From: Marsupella aquatica
Taxonomy: Eukaryota > Plantae > Marchantiophyta
Assembly (NCBI GenBank): GCA_973895155.1
Contig: OZ316899.1
Location: 16,457,974 to 16,521,973, forward strand
Reading direction: 5' to 3'
DNA length: 64,000 bases
Both the position numbers and the translations under genes were made by a program. Shown one piece after another: positions 1 to 10,705 of the stretch; positions within the stretch are counted from its first letter, which is position 1, and each line of letters begins with the position of its first letter. The notes under the pieces were generated by a model. It ran no database searches, was not told the DNA's origin, and worked only from the letters and a program-made list of their open reading frames with translations.

Positions 1-1467
1 CAGAATGACAATGGCTCTAAGGATGAATGGGTTTAACCTCCCAAGCCTCTGTAGGACATCATATGTGAGAACTCCTTCCTCCCAAAGCTTTCTCAATTCC
101 TCCACTAGGGAAGCCAGAAACACATCTATGTTGGCAGATACAGCACTGTCTGGCCCTGGTATCAGTAGGACCATCAGAACAAAAAATTGCTTTGTAGTCA
201 TCCAAGGAGGAAGGTTATAATTCAAAATAGTTACAGGCCAGCACGAAAATTTGTTGTTCTTGTCTCCAAATGGGTTTACCCCATCCAATGACAGCCCAAG
301 TCTGACATTCCTCGGCTCAGCAGCAAATTCGGGATACATCTCATCTATTAGTTTCCATTGCCTTGAATCTGTAGCATGTTGTTGTAGCCCATCATCACTT
401 TTCTTGTCAGTTGCCCAAGTCATCATCTCCGAGATGGCACGGCTTCTGAACATCCACTGAAGTCTGGGAATGAGTGGAAAATGACGAAGTACCTTGGCGG
501 GAACCATAGACTTTCCTGAGTTCCGATACCTGTGCTTCCCACACTTAGGGCATGTCAACGATTCTTTATACTCCTTTCTGAAAAGAACATGCCCATCAGG
601 ACAGGCATGGATCGAATCATAGTTCAATCCAAGATTAGATATGCATCTTTTTGCCTTGTACATGTTCTTGGGCAAAATATTACCATCTAGTAGCACAGTT
701 GTTCGCAAGAATGCCAACAACTCAGAAACCAAAACATTGGGGACATTGTGGTTGCCGCAAATGTTCAGGAACATGATGACAAATCCCAGTTTATAACATT
801 TGCTACCGGGGTACAAAGACTTCCTGCCTTCCTGTATTTGCAGGGGAGAGCCAAACATCCCATCATGCCCAGGGGTTTCCTGCCCTATCTCAAACTCATC
901 AAGAGGCTCTTCGACAGGGGGCACACTTGCATCTGCAGCCGTATCCTCTTCGTTGTCCAGCCCATCATGAAATGCATCCAAGTCTTGGAAGATGTCTCTC
1001 ACCATCTCTTCCACATGAATTCCTTCGTCACGTGGTGCTGCCTGAGCACCATCCCGTTGGAGAGCTGACAACCCACAGAGACCAGCTACAACATTTTCAA
1101 ATGCACTAGGCAGAACCTCACTTGCCCGTCTTGCAGCATTGGCAACATCAAATTCTAACCTCCACTCCTCGTCAGAAGAATCTTCCTCTGCAGGATCATT
1201 CCAAACTCGATGTCGTGGATCTCTTCCATGAACCGCGATATGCCGCCAAACCTCATTCAGACCCCTGGTACGGGATCCTTGGCAGATTGCACAAGGACAT
1301 CTCATCCTACTGGCTCCTGAAAGTCTGGTTCGTAACCTTTCACGCTGCCAAAGCTTATTATCATGGCGTGATATCCTTGTGGGATGATGCAAAGGCAGTG
1401 CCTGTGCCCTGGGCTGGGTTTGGGGAGGGTGGTGACCAGGGTGTATTGTAACAGGCTGGAAGCTCTG
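1..1467 (-). CDS. CACTA Tnp2-family transposase A (transposase-associated domain + Transposase_21), runs off the left edge
   Basis: Not in the ORF track. Manual minus-strand translation is open: MRCPCAICQGSRTRGLNEVWRHIAVHGRDPRHRVW...YDSIHACPDGHVLF...CPKCGKHRY...VPAKVLRHFPLIPRLQ...EPRNVRLGLSLDGVNPF...WPVTILNYNLPPW...LLIPGP. Start uncertain: first in-frame ATG at 1305, possible splice acceptor near 1467. Confidence 0.92.
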
Positions 1468-1978
1468 CAGTCATGGACAGCAGTGAACAGGGATGCCTAA
1501 TGGTGGTATTTGTGTTCCATATATCCCTGACTGTATGTGCCAAAAGAGTTAACATAACGTGTAATAAATTCTCACAAACCCTAAACCACCCCAAAAGAAA
1601 AAAACAGGTTTGCGAGTAGTGTACCTATTGTCAAGTGAATGACACAAAATTCCTCAATGTTTGAGGGTGTCACCACCTCCACAGCTGTCCTCAAATGTAC
1701 CACCTCTGCATGTACACCCATGACCATATCAGAGTCCAATCATGTATAGTCATAGGCATAGGTGTGAGAGCGGTATCAGATATCTCACCGCCGAGATTTG
1801 AGCCCACCCAGTACGTTTACAGTGACACCCCCAGGCAGCAGGAAACAACAATCCGCCAACAGTAAAATAAGCCCAACTGCCACCAACCATAACAAGGTAC
1901 ATTAGTTCAAAGATCACATTTATTTCAATGATCTGATTTATACAAAAAAACTTGTGTCCAAACTGATGCTACTACTCC

Positions 1979-2857
1979 TCACTCTGATTCAGAATCGCTA
2001 ATGACCCATTCCTCACTTGTTGTCTCATAGTCCTCTCTGTAAGGATCCTGACCCTTCCGTGGCCAGGCCTCAAAAAGATCATAGTCCATTGGGTTTTGAC
2101 ACTTCCCAGCTGCTATTGATTCCACAAGCCAAGCATATGAAACCACAAACACATTATGGGACATGACATAAAAGTGAATTTCTCCCTTCCCAAACTTGCG
2201 GCAGGCTTTGGGATATGACTTAGTAATGACATGAGTGGTGTCCTCTGTTATATTCTCCTCCACTGTCCCACCTAGGTCAAGCACCGTGGACTTGTACACT
2301 TTGCACTTAACCTCTCCAATTCCCGTCTCCACAAATACCATGCTCAGCCCTTTCAGAATGGGGGTTGGTTGCTTCGTCTCCTCAGCCAACATACTCTTCA
2401 GCCTTCTAGAGCTCTGTCCTTTGTTGAGTACAGGTCCATATTGGACATCAGCAAGCCGTGCCTTTGCTTCCCAGACTTCTTGTTCAGCCCAAGCTGATGC
2501 AGTAGCTTCTTCATCCTCCCACAGCTCATATTGCTCAGTATCCTGTACAATCTGATGTGCTATGGAATCTGTGATCCAAGAGGCCTCAACTACTTTTAGG
2601 CCTTGCTTAGTAATTGCAGAATTCATGTAGGACCATGACCACTTCTTTATCACTGATAGCCATGTTCCTGCAACAACATGTGTAGTCTCTGGAGTGATGT
2701 CCTGAACTACAGTGCCATGGAGCTCAGAGAATCGTTTCTGTACAGTTGGCCAATGCACTTTGGTCAACCCATGCTGGCCATGGACCAAAATGGCTCTAAC
2801 CCCTGTAAACACTGCTGGGTGGTCACACTTTCTACGTTTCCCAGGCTCCATGTACAC
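1979..2857 (-). CDS. Intronless tandem-BRCT protein (292 aa); BRCT domains resemble the plant DNA polymerase lambda N-terminal BRCT
   Basis: Two repeats with BRCT hallmarks: VFTGVRAILV...HGTVVQDITPETTHVV...VVEASWITDSI and ILKGLSMVFVETG...LGGTVEENITEDTTHVI...KFGK...VVSYAWLVESIAAG. Basic N-terminus (GKRRK), acidic tail, no polymerase domain. Confidence 0.8.
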   Translation of the reverse strand: MYMEPGKRRKCDHPAVFTGVRAILVHGQHGLTKVHWPTVQKRFSELHGTVVQDITPETTHVVAGTWLSVIKKWSWSYMNSAITKQGLKVVEASWITDSIAHQIVQDTEQYELWEDEEATASAWAEQEVWEAKARLADVQYGPVLNKGQSSRRLKSMLAEETKQPTPILKGLSMVFVETGIGEVKCKVYKSTVLDLGGTVEENITEDTTHVITKSYPKACRKFGKGEIHFYVMSHNVFVVSYAWLVESIAAGKCQNPMDYDLFEAWPRKGQDPYREDYETTSEEWVISDSESE

Positions 2858-3521
2858 ACACCCTACGTGATGACAGTGAATTTTGGAAGAATGGGTTCAC
2901 CTGACAATACAAGGACAACAAAATTCCTGCTTTTTGAGTTGATCTGGCCCACTGGTGCTCAGGTCCGATTTTGATAGGTACAAGGGATATGTGAACAATA
3001 CGTACTAGGCACCTGCACGGATGCAGGACATTGTTTGAATATATACTACAAAATCCATATCGAAGGTGAAATGAAGTGCAACCAACTTGTCATGGCACAT
3101 ACATATTTTGTTGTAAAGGAGGATACGTTCAATGACAAACTTATAGGGCAATTTGATTAATCGCATGCCTGATAATTTATACGCTTACAACTTAGAAGTC
3201 CTATTTTAATTTAGCAGTCTGATGAAAGTGTTTATGAAAATGACCACTCAGCCTAAATACTTCCAAGAAGGCTTGTAAGGATAAGTTTTTATAGGCATGT
3301 ACCCAGCCACTGACGCCAGCGCACAAGATAAGTGCTGCCTATATAAACTTGCCTACCCAACTCCTTTTCAAAATTGGAATCTCTGCAATCTCAAAAAAGA
3401 GTACATCCACATCAGGTGCACTGTGCATGTACAATGTTCAGCTTCACAGCCAAGATATGTGATCTCTCACAGGAGTGCGCGAGGTAGGATCAATGGCATG
3501 GCGATGACAATAAAATATCCA

Positions 3522-4124
3522 TTAATCAACACCATGTGCAGAGTGATCATAGATTTCTCTATCACAAGCATAACCCTCTGCTTGACGATCTTTCAGGCAA
3601 TGATAGTGCCACATGGTGGGACACCTAGCACAGTGGACTATGTCAGTCCAGTACTCATGATCATGCTCACCACATGCCTTGCACCTATGAAGTGGGCAAG
3701 CTGTGGCATGAGCAGGCAAACACTCAAAACAGAAAAATCTCACACAAAAACGGTCTGGACATTTCCTAACATTTGCTGTAGCATCAACAGAGCCCTCATA
3801 GGACCCCAACTTCCCACACTGTGCACACTTAGCCTACTTCTCCAAACAATCAGTGCACATCCAGTCTCCCTGGTGTGTTGACGGGAGGCCCACCCCTGGA
3901 CAGTTGTTTTCTGCAGCAAGGTCAGACTCCGGGTTGAGGTGGAAATGCCTCATGCAAGGGCCCTCACAAATGACCAGGCCCCCACCATCATCACAAATGG
4001 CACAACAATGAGCTGCCTTCTGGAAAATCTGACTTGCAGAGAAGTTAGTAGCATCTGCCCCAAGTACACCTGTGTTTCTCACCTCTGTCACACGCTTTTT
4101 GGCTTGAATTTTAGGTCGTGCCAT
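3522..4124 (-). pseudogene. EDM2/NSD-type composite PHD-finger protein, broken by a single in-frame TAG (3834-3836)
   Basis: ORFs 3834..4124 and 3522..3809 are in the same frame. Joined: CAICDDGGGLVICEGPCMRHFH...C...WMCTDCLEK*AKCAQCGKLGS...VRKCPDRFCVRFFCFEC...CPLHRCKAC...HCARCPTMWHYHCL, matching the Cys/His spacing of the EDM2 PHD array as I recall it (CAICDNGG..CEG.C.R.FH / C..C..LGS / CPLH.C..C / C.RCP..YH..CL). Confidence 0.78.
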
Positions 4125-4135
4125 GCCTGCGCATG

Positions 4136-4279
4136 AGATAGACTCTACAGTTTAGCAGACTGCACAGAAAGTAATATATATTTAGCATTTAAGGTACAAA
4201 GGCATTTAGATAGACTCTACAATTTAGCAGACTGCACAGAAAGTAAAATATATTTAGCATTTAAGGTACAAAGGCATTT
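4136..4279. repeat. 72-bp tandem duplication (2 copies)
   Basis: AGATAGACTCTACA(G/A)TTTAGCAGACTGCACAGAAAGTAA...GGTACAAAGGCATTT at 4136 and 4208, directly upstream of the PHD gene. Confidence 0.9.
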
Positions 4280-4880
4280 GCTACTGCAATGAATTGGAAT
4301 GGCCACACAAGGATGCAGAGCAGACATACTTTTGGTATGTTGAGCCCACACACAAACCTGATCCCCTAATACAATTGCTCCACAACACCTCAATTTTAAT
4401 TGTGGCTATGATTCACCAAAGGAGATCTGCAACAACATTTCATGCATTTGAATCACATACAATAGTCGTGACATGTAAAACAGGCATTCTTCGAAGAGGA
4501 TTGGTATGAAGCAGTGTCATAAGGGTTGAAATTTATACATCCTAAATAGGCTATGATAGTGGCTGAGACAAATAAGTGATGCATAAATCACATTTTACAG
4601 GTTATCACATGGCCCATTAATTCATTGAACGTTGCAATGTTCACCAGGTTAAAGCAGTCATGAAAGCAGTCTTTCAATAGAGACTTTTATGCGAGTTTGC
4701 TAGCGTCTTAAATTAGGATATTTTGCTTAGTGCAGGCATAATAGGATATAAGTTATGTACTGTTGACCCTAAACCCTGGACCCAAAATTGCTCATACATC
4801 AAAATTTTAAGTAAATATCCTCTATGTTGAAGTCAGAGTGTTAAGCTATAGGTCAATGGTATCTGGTCTGTGCATGCGGT

Positions 4881-7800
4881 GTGACAAGTGGTCCTCTAGA
4901 GCATGTGATCCAAACATGTGTAGACACCAAAGTCACCGGTGGTGGGGTCTGGGAGGGCAGGACAAGTGACATCACCAGGCACACTGCAGGATGGCGAGTG
5001 GTTCCAGATGATACATTGTGCTCTGTGCAAAAATCGGCATCCAAGAGAATGGTCATCCAATTCTGCTACCGTTTAATGTACCTATTGCCAGGAACTTGGA
5101 AGGAGGCCAAGCGTGTTCTCTCATCAATTGGCATGGAATATCATATCATTCATGCATGTGTGAATGATTGCATGTTATTTCATGGGGCCGATGAGAAGAA
5201 GACACAGTGTACTGAATGTCATGAGCCACGATATGACCCCAACATGATTACAAAGAAGGTGCCAAGAAAAGTTGTTCGTTGGTTTCCCATCATTCCTCGG
5301 TTGTTGCACATGTACAGGTGTTCTGATTTGGCAGAGTTGATGGTATGGCATAAGACTCATCGATCAGAGCCTGGTGTTATGCGGTTGCCAATTGACTCTC
5401 CTGCAGTCAAACATATTGAGGAAACATGGCCAGACTTTGCACATGATCCTCATCATGTGAGGTTGGGATTGGCATCTGATGGGGTTAGTCCTCATGCCCT
5501 TGGAGGCAAGGGAAGACCTACATCAGTTTGGCCTGTGGTTGTGATGAATTACAACCTTCCACCATGGCTATCCATGAAGAAGGGGTTCCTCTTGCTGTCT
5601 TTGATTATTCCAGGTCCAAAAAAGGTGAAGAACTTTGACACTTATTTGGCACTATTGATTGGAGAACTCCAAAAACTGTGGGGTGGAGTGTGGGCATATG
5701 ATGGCAGGAAAAATACAGGAGGCATTCCACGTGTATTTAAATTGAGAGGGGTAGTTTGTTGGACAATGCATGACTATCCTGGTAAGATGACTTTTTGACC
5801 ATATGCCACCCTTCTTTGATATGCTCTTTAATATACTTGTTTGTCATGTGACAACCCTAACATTTAGTCTGGTTTTATTTTTGGTGTAACCAGGGTTTGG
5901 CTTTGTCTCTGGATTGCAAACTCAGGGGTACAAAGCTTGCTCCACCTGTGGTCCACAATTGCAAGATATGGCAATTTGGTCCCCATGGCTTAGGAAGACT
6001 GTTTACATTGGGCATACAAAGTTTCTTCCGATGGGGCATGAGATGAGGTCTGACCCACTTTTATTTTCCTCCTTTGACATGCCCCTTGGTGATATGCGGG
6101 AAATTCCGGAACCAACAACTTTTGGGCATTGGAAGTCACTAGATGATAGGGTGGCAGACCCTGATGATCCCCTCACCTTTGATGGTACTGGGTTGACGAG
6201 GTGGAGTATACTAGCCAGTTTGCCCTATTGGTCAGAGTTGAAGATCCGCCATCTTTTAGACCCCATGCACATAGAGGAAAATGTGGGGAAGGCGTTGATA
6301 GCTCATTTTTATGGGGAGAAGGACACTAACTTCAGGGAGGCATGTGAAGAGGTGGAAATGCATCCAGATGTATGGGTACAAGTTGATCCTGCCACAAGTT
6401 TGGAACATCATCCTTCTGCTCCTTGGGTGCTTAGTGTTGGCCAAAGACGTGAATTCCGGAATCGTATAGGGGAGATGCGGTTTCCTACAGGCTATGGTGC
6501 CAATTTGAGGAAAGCTTTTGGGATGGAGGACAATCACAAATGGCCACGGTATCTCAAGACACATGACTATCACCGCTTATTGCAGCATATATTGCCAGTG
6601 GCAATTATAGGGTTGGGGACCAAAGAAGTGCAAGATGCCATTTGGTCATTGGGTCGTTTGTTGAGATGGATATGCTCAAAGGAGATATATGTGGAAGAGA
6701 TTCCTAGAATGGAGGTATTGGCTGCTGAGGTGGTTTGCAAGTTGGAGAAGGCCCTCCCTCCTTCCTTCTTTGATTGTCAGGTTCATTTACTTGTGCATCT
6801 TGTGAGGGAGGTTGCCATTGCTGGTCCAATTCATTGTCGATGGATGTACTGGCTTGAGCGTTACATGTCAGTCTTGAAGGCTTATGTACGTAACCGTGCA
6901 CGAGTGGAGGGAAGCATAGCTACAGGATACTTGGCTGCAGAGAGCATATTTTATTGTAGTAACATCTTGGCCACCATTGATCGGACTTTACTACGTACTT
7001 GGATGGAGGAGAGGCAAGAGGAGGAGGACCGTTTAACAGGAGCAACAAAAACATGCATGCTTACATCAACAGAGTGGACACAGTTGAATACATTCATGTT
7101 GAGTAATAGCAATGTCATGGATGAATGGAGGGAGTTTTATGACAATGCCAAAAGAATGAGTCAAAGGGCAAGGATTTTTCCTAAGTTGCATGTGTTTATG
7201 AAGGAAAAGTTGGTTGAGTTGGATGGCATTTTGGCACAAGGAGGAGATGTCTCACAGTTTCCTACTATGACAAATGACATTCGGACCATTGTTCATGGCC
7301 CTTTGAGAGTGGTAACATCCAAGACGGCCATGTGGACCCAAGGGAGACACTTCAGGTTTCACTAGTTCCTAACCTTGTTTTCCATATTCATGTACTACTA
7401 CTTAAGATATAGTAATCATTTTACTTAAGATAAGTGTGTTTTTCTCTTTTGGTATGAAAGGTTCCTCATAACATGATTAGTGTTTTTTGTGTAGTAGTAA
7501 CAATATATGGGTCTTGTTAATTTCAGGATTTCTTCCCTTGATGAGAAGAGGGCTCGTACTTTTGATTGTGGAGTTCAAGGGCAGTTTTGTCAGGACTCCC
7601 GGAGTAGCCGACATGACAGGAACATTGTTCGTGATGTTGTGCCACACTATGGGAAGATAGAGGAGATTTTGGTGGTCTCATATGACAACCAATCTAAGTT
7701 TGAGGAGTATGTCTTCAAGTGCAAGTGGTTCAAAGTGAACCTTGTTGGTAATAATCGCACTGTACTCCAAGATGAGAGTGGGTTTACACGGTTGAGGACA

Positions 7801-8013
7801 AGTGCCACTAGTTTTCAAGCATCTCATTGGCAAACATCAGAGCCATTTACTTTCCCATCTCACTTGGAGCAATGTTTCTACGTTCCATACCCCTTAGACC
7901 CAGAGTGGTCACTTGTCATCACATATGTGCCATGGTCTCGTTCCATTGTTTCAGACAAGCCAGACACTATTTTTGTGTCAGATGTAGAGGACGTTGAAGG
8001 TGACCAAGTGTGA
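4881..8013 (+). CDS. CACTA Tnp2-family transposase B (Transposase_21 + DUF4218 + DUF4216-like), spliced, N-terminally truncated or chimeric
   Basis: Exons ~5080-5781, 5894-7355 and 7527-8013; GT..AG introns 5782-5893 and 7356-7526 restore the frame (HDYPG|FGFVSG, RHFR|ISS). Motifs IHACVNDC, VRLGLASDG, NYNLPPW, LDPMHIEENV, LKTHDYH, RWMYWLERYM, YGKIEEI. Tnp2 homology begins only at ~5080 (LLPGTWKEAKR). Confidence 0.9.
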
Positions 8014-8414
8014 GAGACACTTATGGATATTTAAACCAAAAATCTATATCATGGATTGTTCATGTTGTTTCTTAATTAATATTTCATACACCATTAGTGT
8101 GGTAGGTATTTTCATTTTGGACTCCTACTTTCAAAAGAGGTCATGCATATAAGTGACATGGGTACTCCCTCCCTTATCCCTCCTCCCTCTTTGAACCCAA
8201 ACTCTCCTTCCTCTTCCAAAAACTCCATAGCTTTTTCTCCTCCCTCCCTCTTCGCTAAAGTCTCTCCTATTTTTAGTAAACCCTCTTTGGACTCCCTTCT
8301 TCCTCCGTCCCTCATCCACCTTCCAACTCCCTTCCTCCCTCTTTCACCTTTCACCTCCCTCCCTCCTCCTCCCCCATTCAAACTCTAACCTAGATGCACA
8401 CACAAGTCTAACAT

Positions 8415-8913
8415 AAACGTTTGCAAACTGTTTGCGAAACTAAACAAATCCCAACCAAATCGCAATTCTGCCATTTAAACCGTTTCTCAATTATTCCATA
8501 CTATACGCTTCACTATTTTGCGATATCCAGACCATCCCACCTTTACCATCCACATCGTTTCGCACATTTGCCATACAAACCCATCGCAAATTGTTTGAAG
8601 CTAACCTTTTCGCAAACATCCTCCAATACTAATTGTTTTGCATCATTAATGTTACCATGGTTTCGGACTTTCGGAGCGGTCGCGGAGCCTTCGTAATGTG
8701 TTTTGTAATCTCTGTAGTTTCGCAAACTATTGTGATACAATAAAGTTCGCAAAATGTTTGCGATGCAAATCGCATGGAAGACCAAAGTTGCAATACCACA
8801 AGTATCGCAAATTGCGATGCGTATTGAGTCATCAACGGTTTGAAGCATCTGGAATCGCAAACGTGTGTCCGGACTCAAATGAGCTTCGCACAAGGGCAAA
8901 ATATGTTGTAGTG
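8415..8913. repeat. CACTA subterminal repeat region and terminal inverted repeat
   Basis: Many direct and inverted copies of TCGCAAA/TTTGCGA-like motifs, ending in TGTTGTAGTG. Confidence 0.85.
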
Positions 8914-10705
8914 TTGGCGGATTTTGATTTTGAAGTCCGTCACGTTCCGGAGAAGACAAACACGGCAGCTGATGCGTTATCGCATAAGGACCATAATCGT
9001 GTCAATGGGATCACGATGCTCAAATCCGAGTGGTCATTTAAGGTTCTGGCTAAGGCGTATGGGGATGACAGGTTAGTCAAGGAATGGCAAAGCAATAGGG
9101 GTAGCCAAGGCAAGGCGAGGCATGTTTCATTGGGGTTGGATACCACGCAAAATGTCCAGTTATGGCGATACAAGCAGAGGCGTGTGTACATCCCAGAGTC
9201 TATAAGGGAGGTTCTGCAAAAATACCATGACTTGACCTGGGGAGGGCATGGCGGACAAGCTGCTATGTATTGCAGTATGTTGCAAGATGTGTATTGGCCG
9301 GACATGAAGCAATTGGTTCTTGCCACGTGTAAAGATGTTACTCGTGCCAAAAGAACCAAACGGTCTATAGGGCAAAAAGAGGACTTTTGCAACCCTTACT
9401 AGTAGTTGCGGCTCCATGGGAGTCCATCTCCATGGACTTCATTGTTGGGTTACCTGAGTCCCACAGTAGTAACTCCATCTTAACAATCGTGGATCATTTT
9501 TCCAAGATGGTGTATTTTTTGTCGACTACGAAAATGGTTTCGGCCCGAAAGGTTGCCGGTCTAGTGTTTGACAATATCTTCCGACAATGGGGATTACCGT
9601 TGCATATCCTGTCTGACCACGATACCAAGTTCATGGGCCATTTTTGAAAGGCGTTGTTCCGGTTATCCGGAACAGACCTCATTAGAGGATCAGCGTATCT
9701 TCATGAGAAGGATGGCCAAACAGAACAAGTGAATGATATCGTGGAGGGCTACTTGCGTCACTTTGTGACGGCCAATCAAAAGGATTGGGCAAAGCACCTA
9801 ACAATGGCCAAGTTTAGGTATAACTCAACCAAGCATTCGGCAACGGGGTTTGCCTAGTTTGTGTCGGCCATAGGAAGGATGCCAAGGGTGCCCTCCTGGT
9901 TCATAAATCTAGAAGCTTGGCAGACTGAAAGCAAGGTTCCTTCTACGGACAATCTTATTTGAGAGCGGCGCCTAGTTGTGGAAACAGCTACCAAGGGTAT
10001 GACCCTTGCCCAAAGTTGGTACAAGGAGCAAGGAGATAAACATCAACGCCAAGTAAGCTTTGAAATTGGGGAGAGCGTTTGGTTGCAGTTGAGACCGGAA
10101 TAATACCACGGGAACATAAGTAGGAAGCTGGCTCCCAGATATGCGGGGCCCTATGGCATCATACGATGGGCCCACAAGGATAATCTGGTTTTGGTGGTGT
10201 TGGAGACACCCAAGGAAATGGGCGTAGGCAAAAGCTACCATGTTAGCCGACTCAAGAAATTTCCCAAAGACAATGATCCCAACCGGGATCAAGTCTTGCG
10301 TCCGGACAACATGTTGGTGGAGGATGTTGAGGAGTTTGAGGTGGAGGCAATTATGGACCACCGTTACAAACGCAAGTTGGGAAGGCAAATCTTAGAGTAT
10401 TTGGTGAAATTGGCTGGCTATGATCAGGCCGAGAGTACTTGGGAACCGAAAGAAAATTTGGGTAATGCCCCATAGATCCTTGGAAGCTATTGTAAGTGAA
10501 GCGGCCTACCGCCGTTGTGAACTGGTACAGGCAATTGTAGCTGCTACCTTTGTGAGTTGTATCTTAGTTTCACTCCTCCCGGCCTCTTGAAGATAAAGTT
10601 GGATTGTGTGGGCGCTAGAGGTTGTTGGACGGCCGATTTGCTTTTTGCAAGTGGAAGTTGATGGTCCCCACCTCACATCTGTGGGCGGGCTGGTTCAAAC
10701 CAAAG
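8914..10705 (+). mobile_element. Decayed Ty3/Gypsy chromovirus (family X) 3' part: RNase H end, integrase, chromodomain, 3' UTR
   Basis: LADFDFEVRHVPEKTNTAADALS, HDLTWGGHGG, PWESISMDFIVGLP, DGQTEQVN, chromodomain EEFEVEAIMDHR...[17 protein letters not shown]; stops and frameshifts. Homologous to 24452-25750 and 60956-61670. Confidence 0.9.

Larger units (their letters stand above)
1..8913. mobile_element. CACTA (En/Spm) DNA transposon, right part; other end lies outside the window
   Basis: Ends in ...AAAATATGTTGTAGTG at 8913 (reverse complement CACTACAACATATTTT, a CACTA-type TIR), preceded by subterminal TCGCAAA/TTTGCGA repeats. Contains two Tnp2 transposase genes. Gypsy pol sequence resumes exactly after 8913. 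Whether all of 1-8913 is one element cannot be proven without the other TIR. Confidence 0.8.

Noticed and set aside
8095-8099. TAGTG here (and at ~1617) as additional CACTA ends
   Set aside because: No extended TIR match or subterminal repeats; the terminus at 8913 is far better supported.
8698-9402. 234-aa ORF as a novel Cys-rich integrase fusion
   Set aside because: Chance read-through from CACTA subterminal repeats across the TIR into Gypsy pol.
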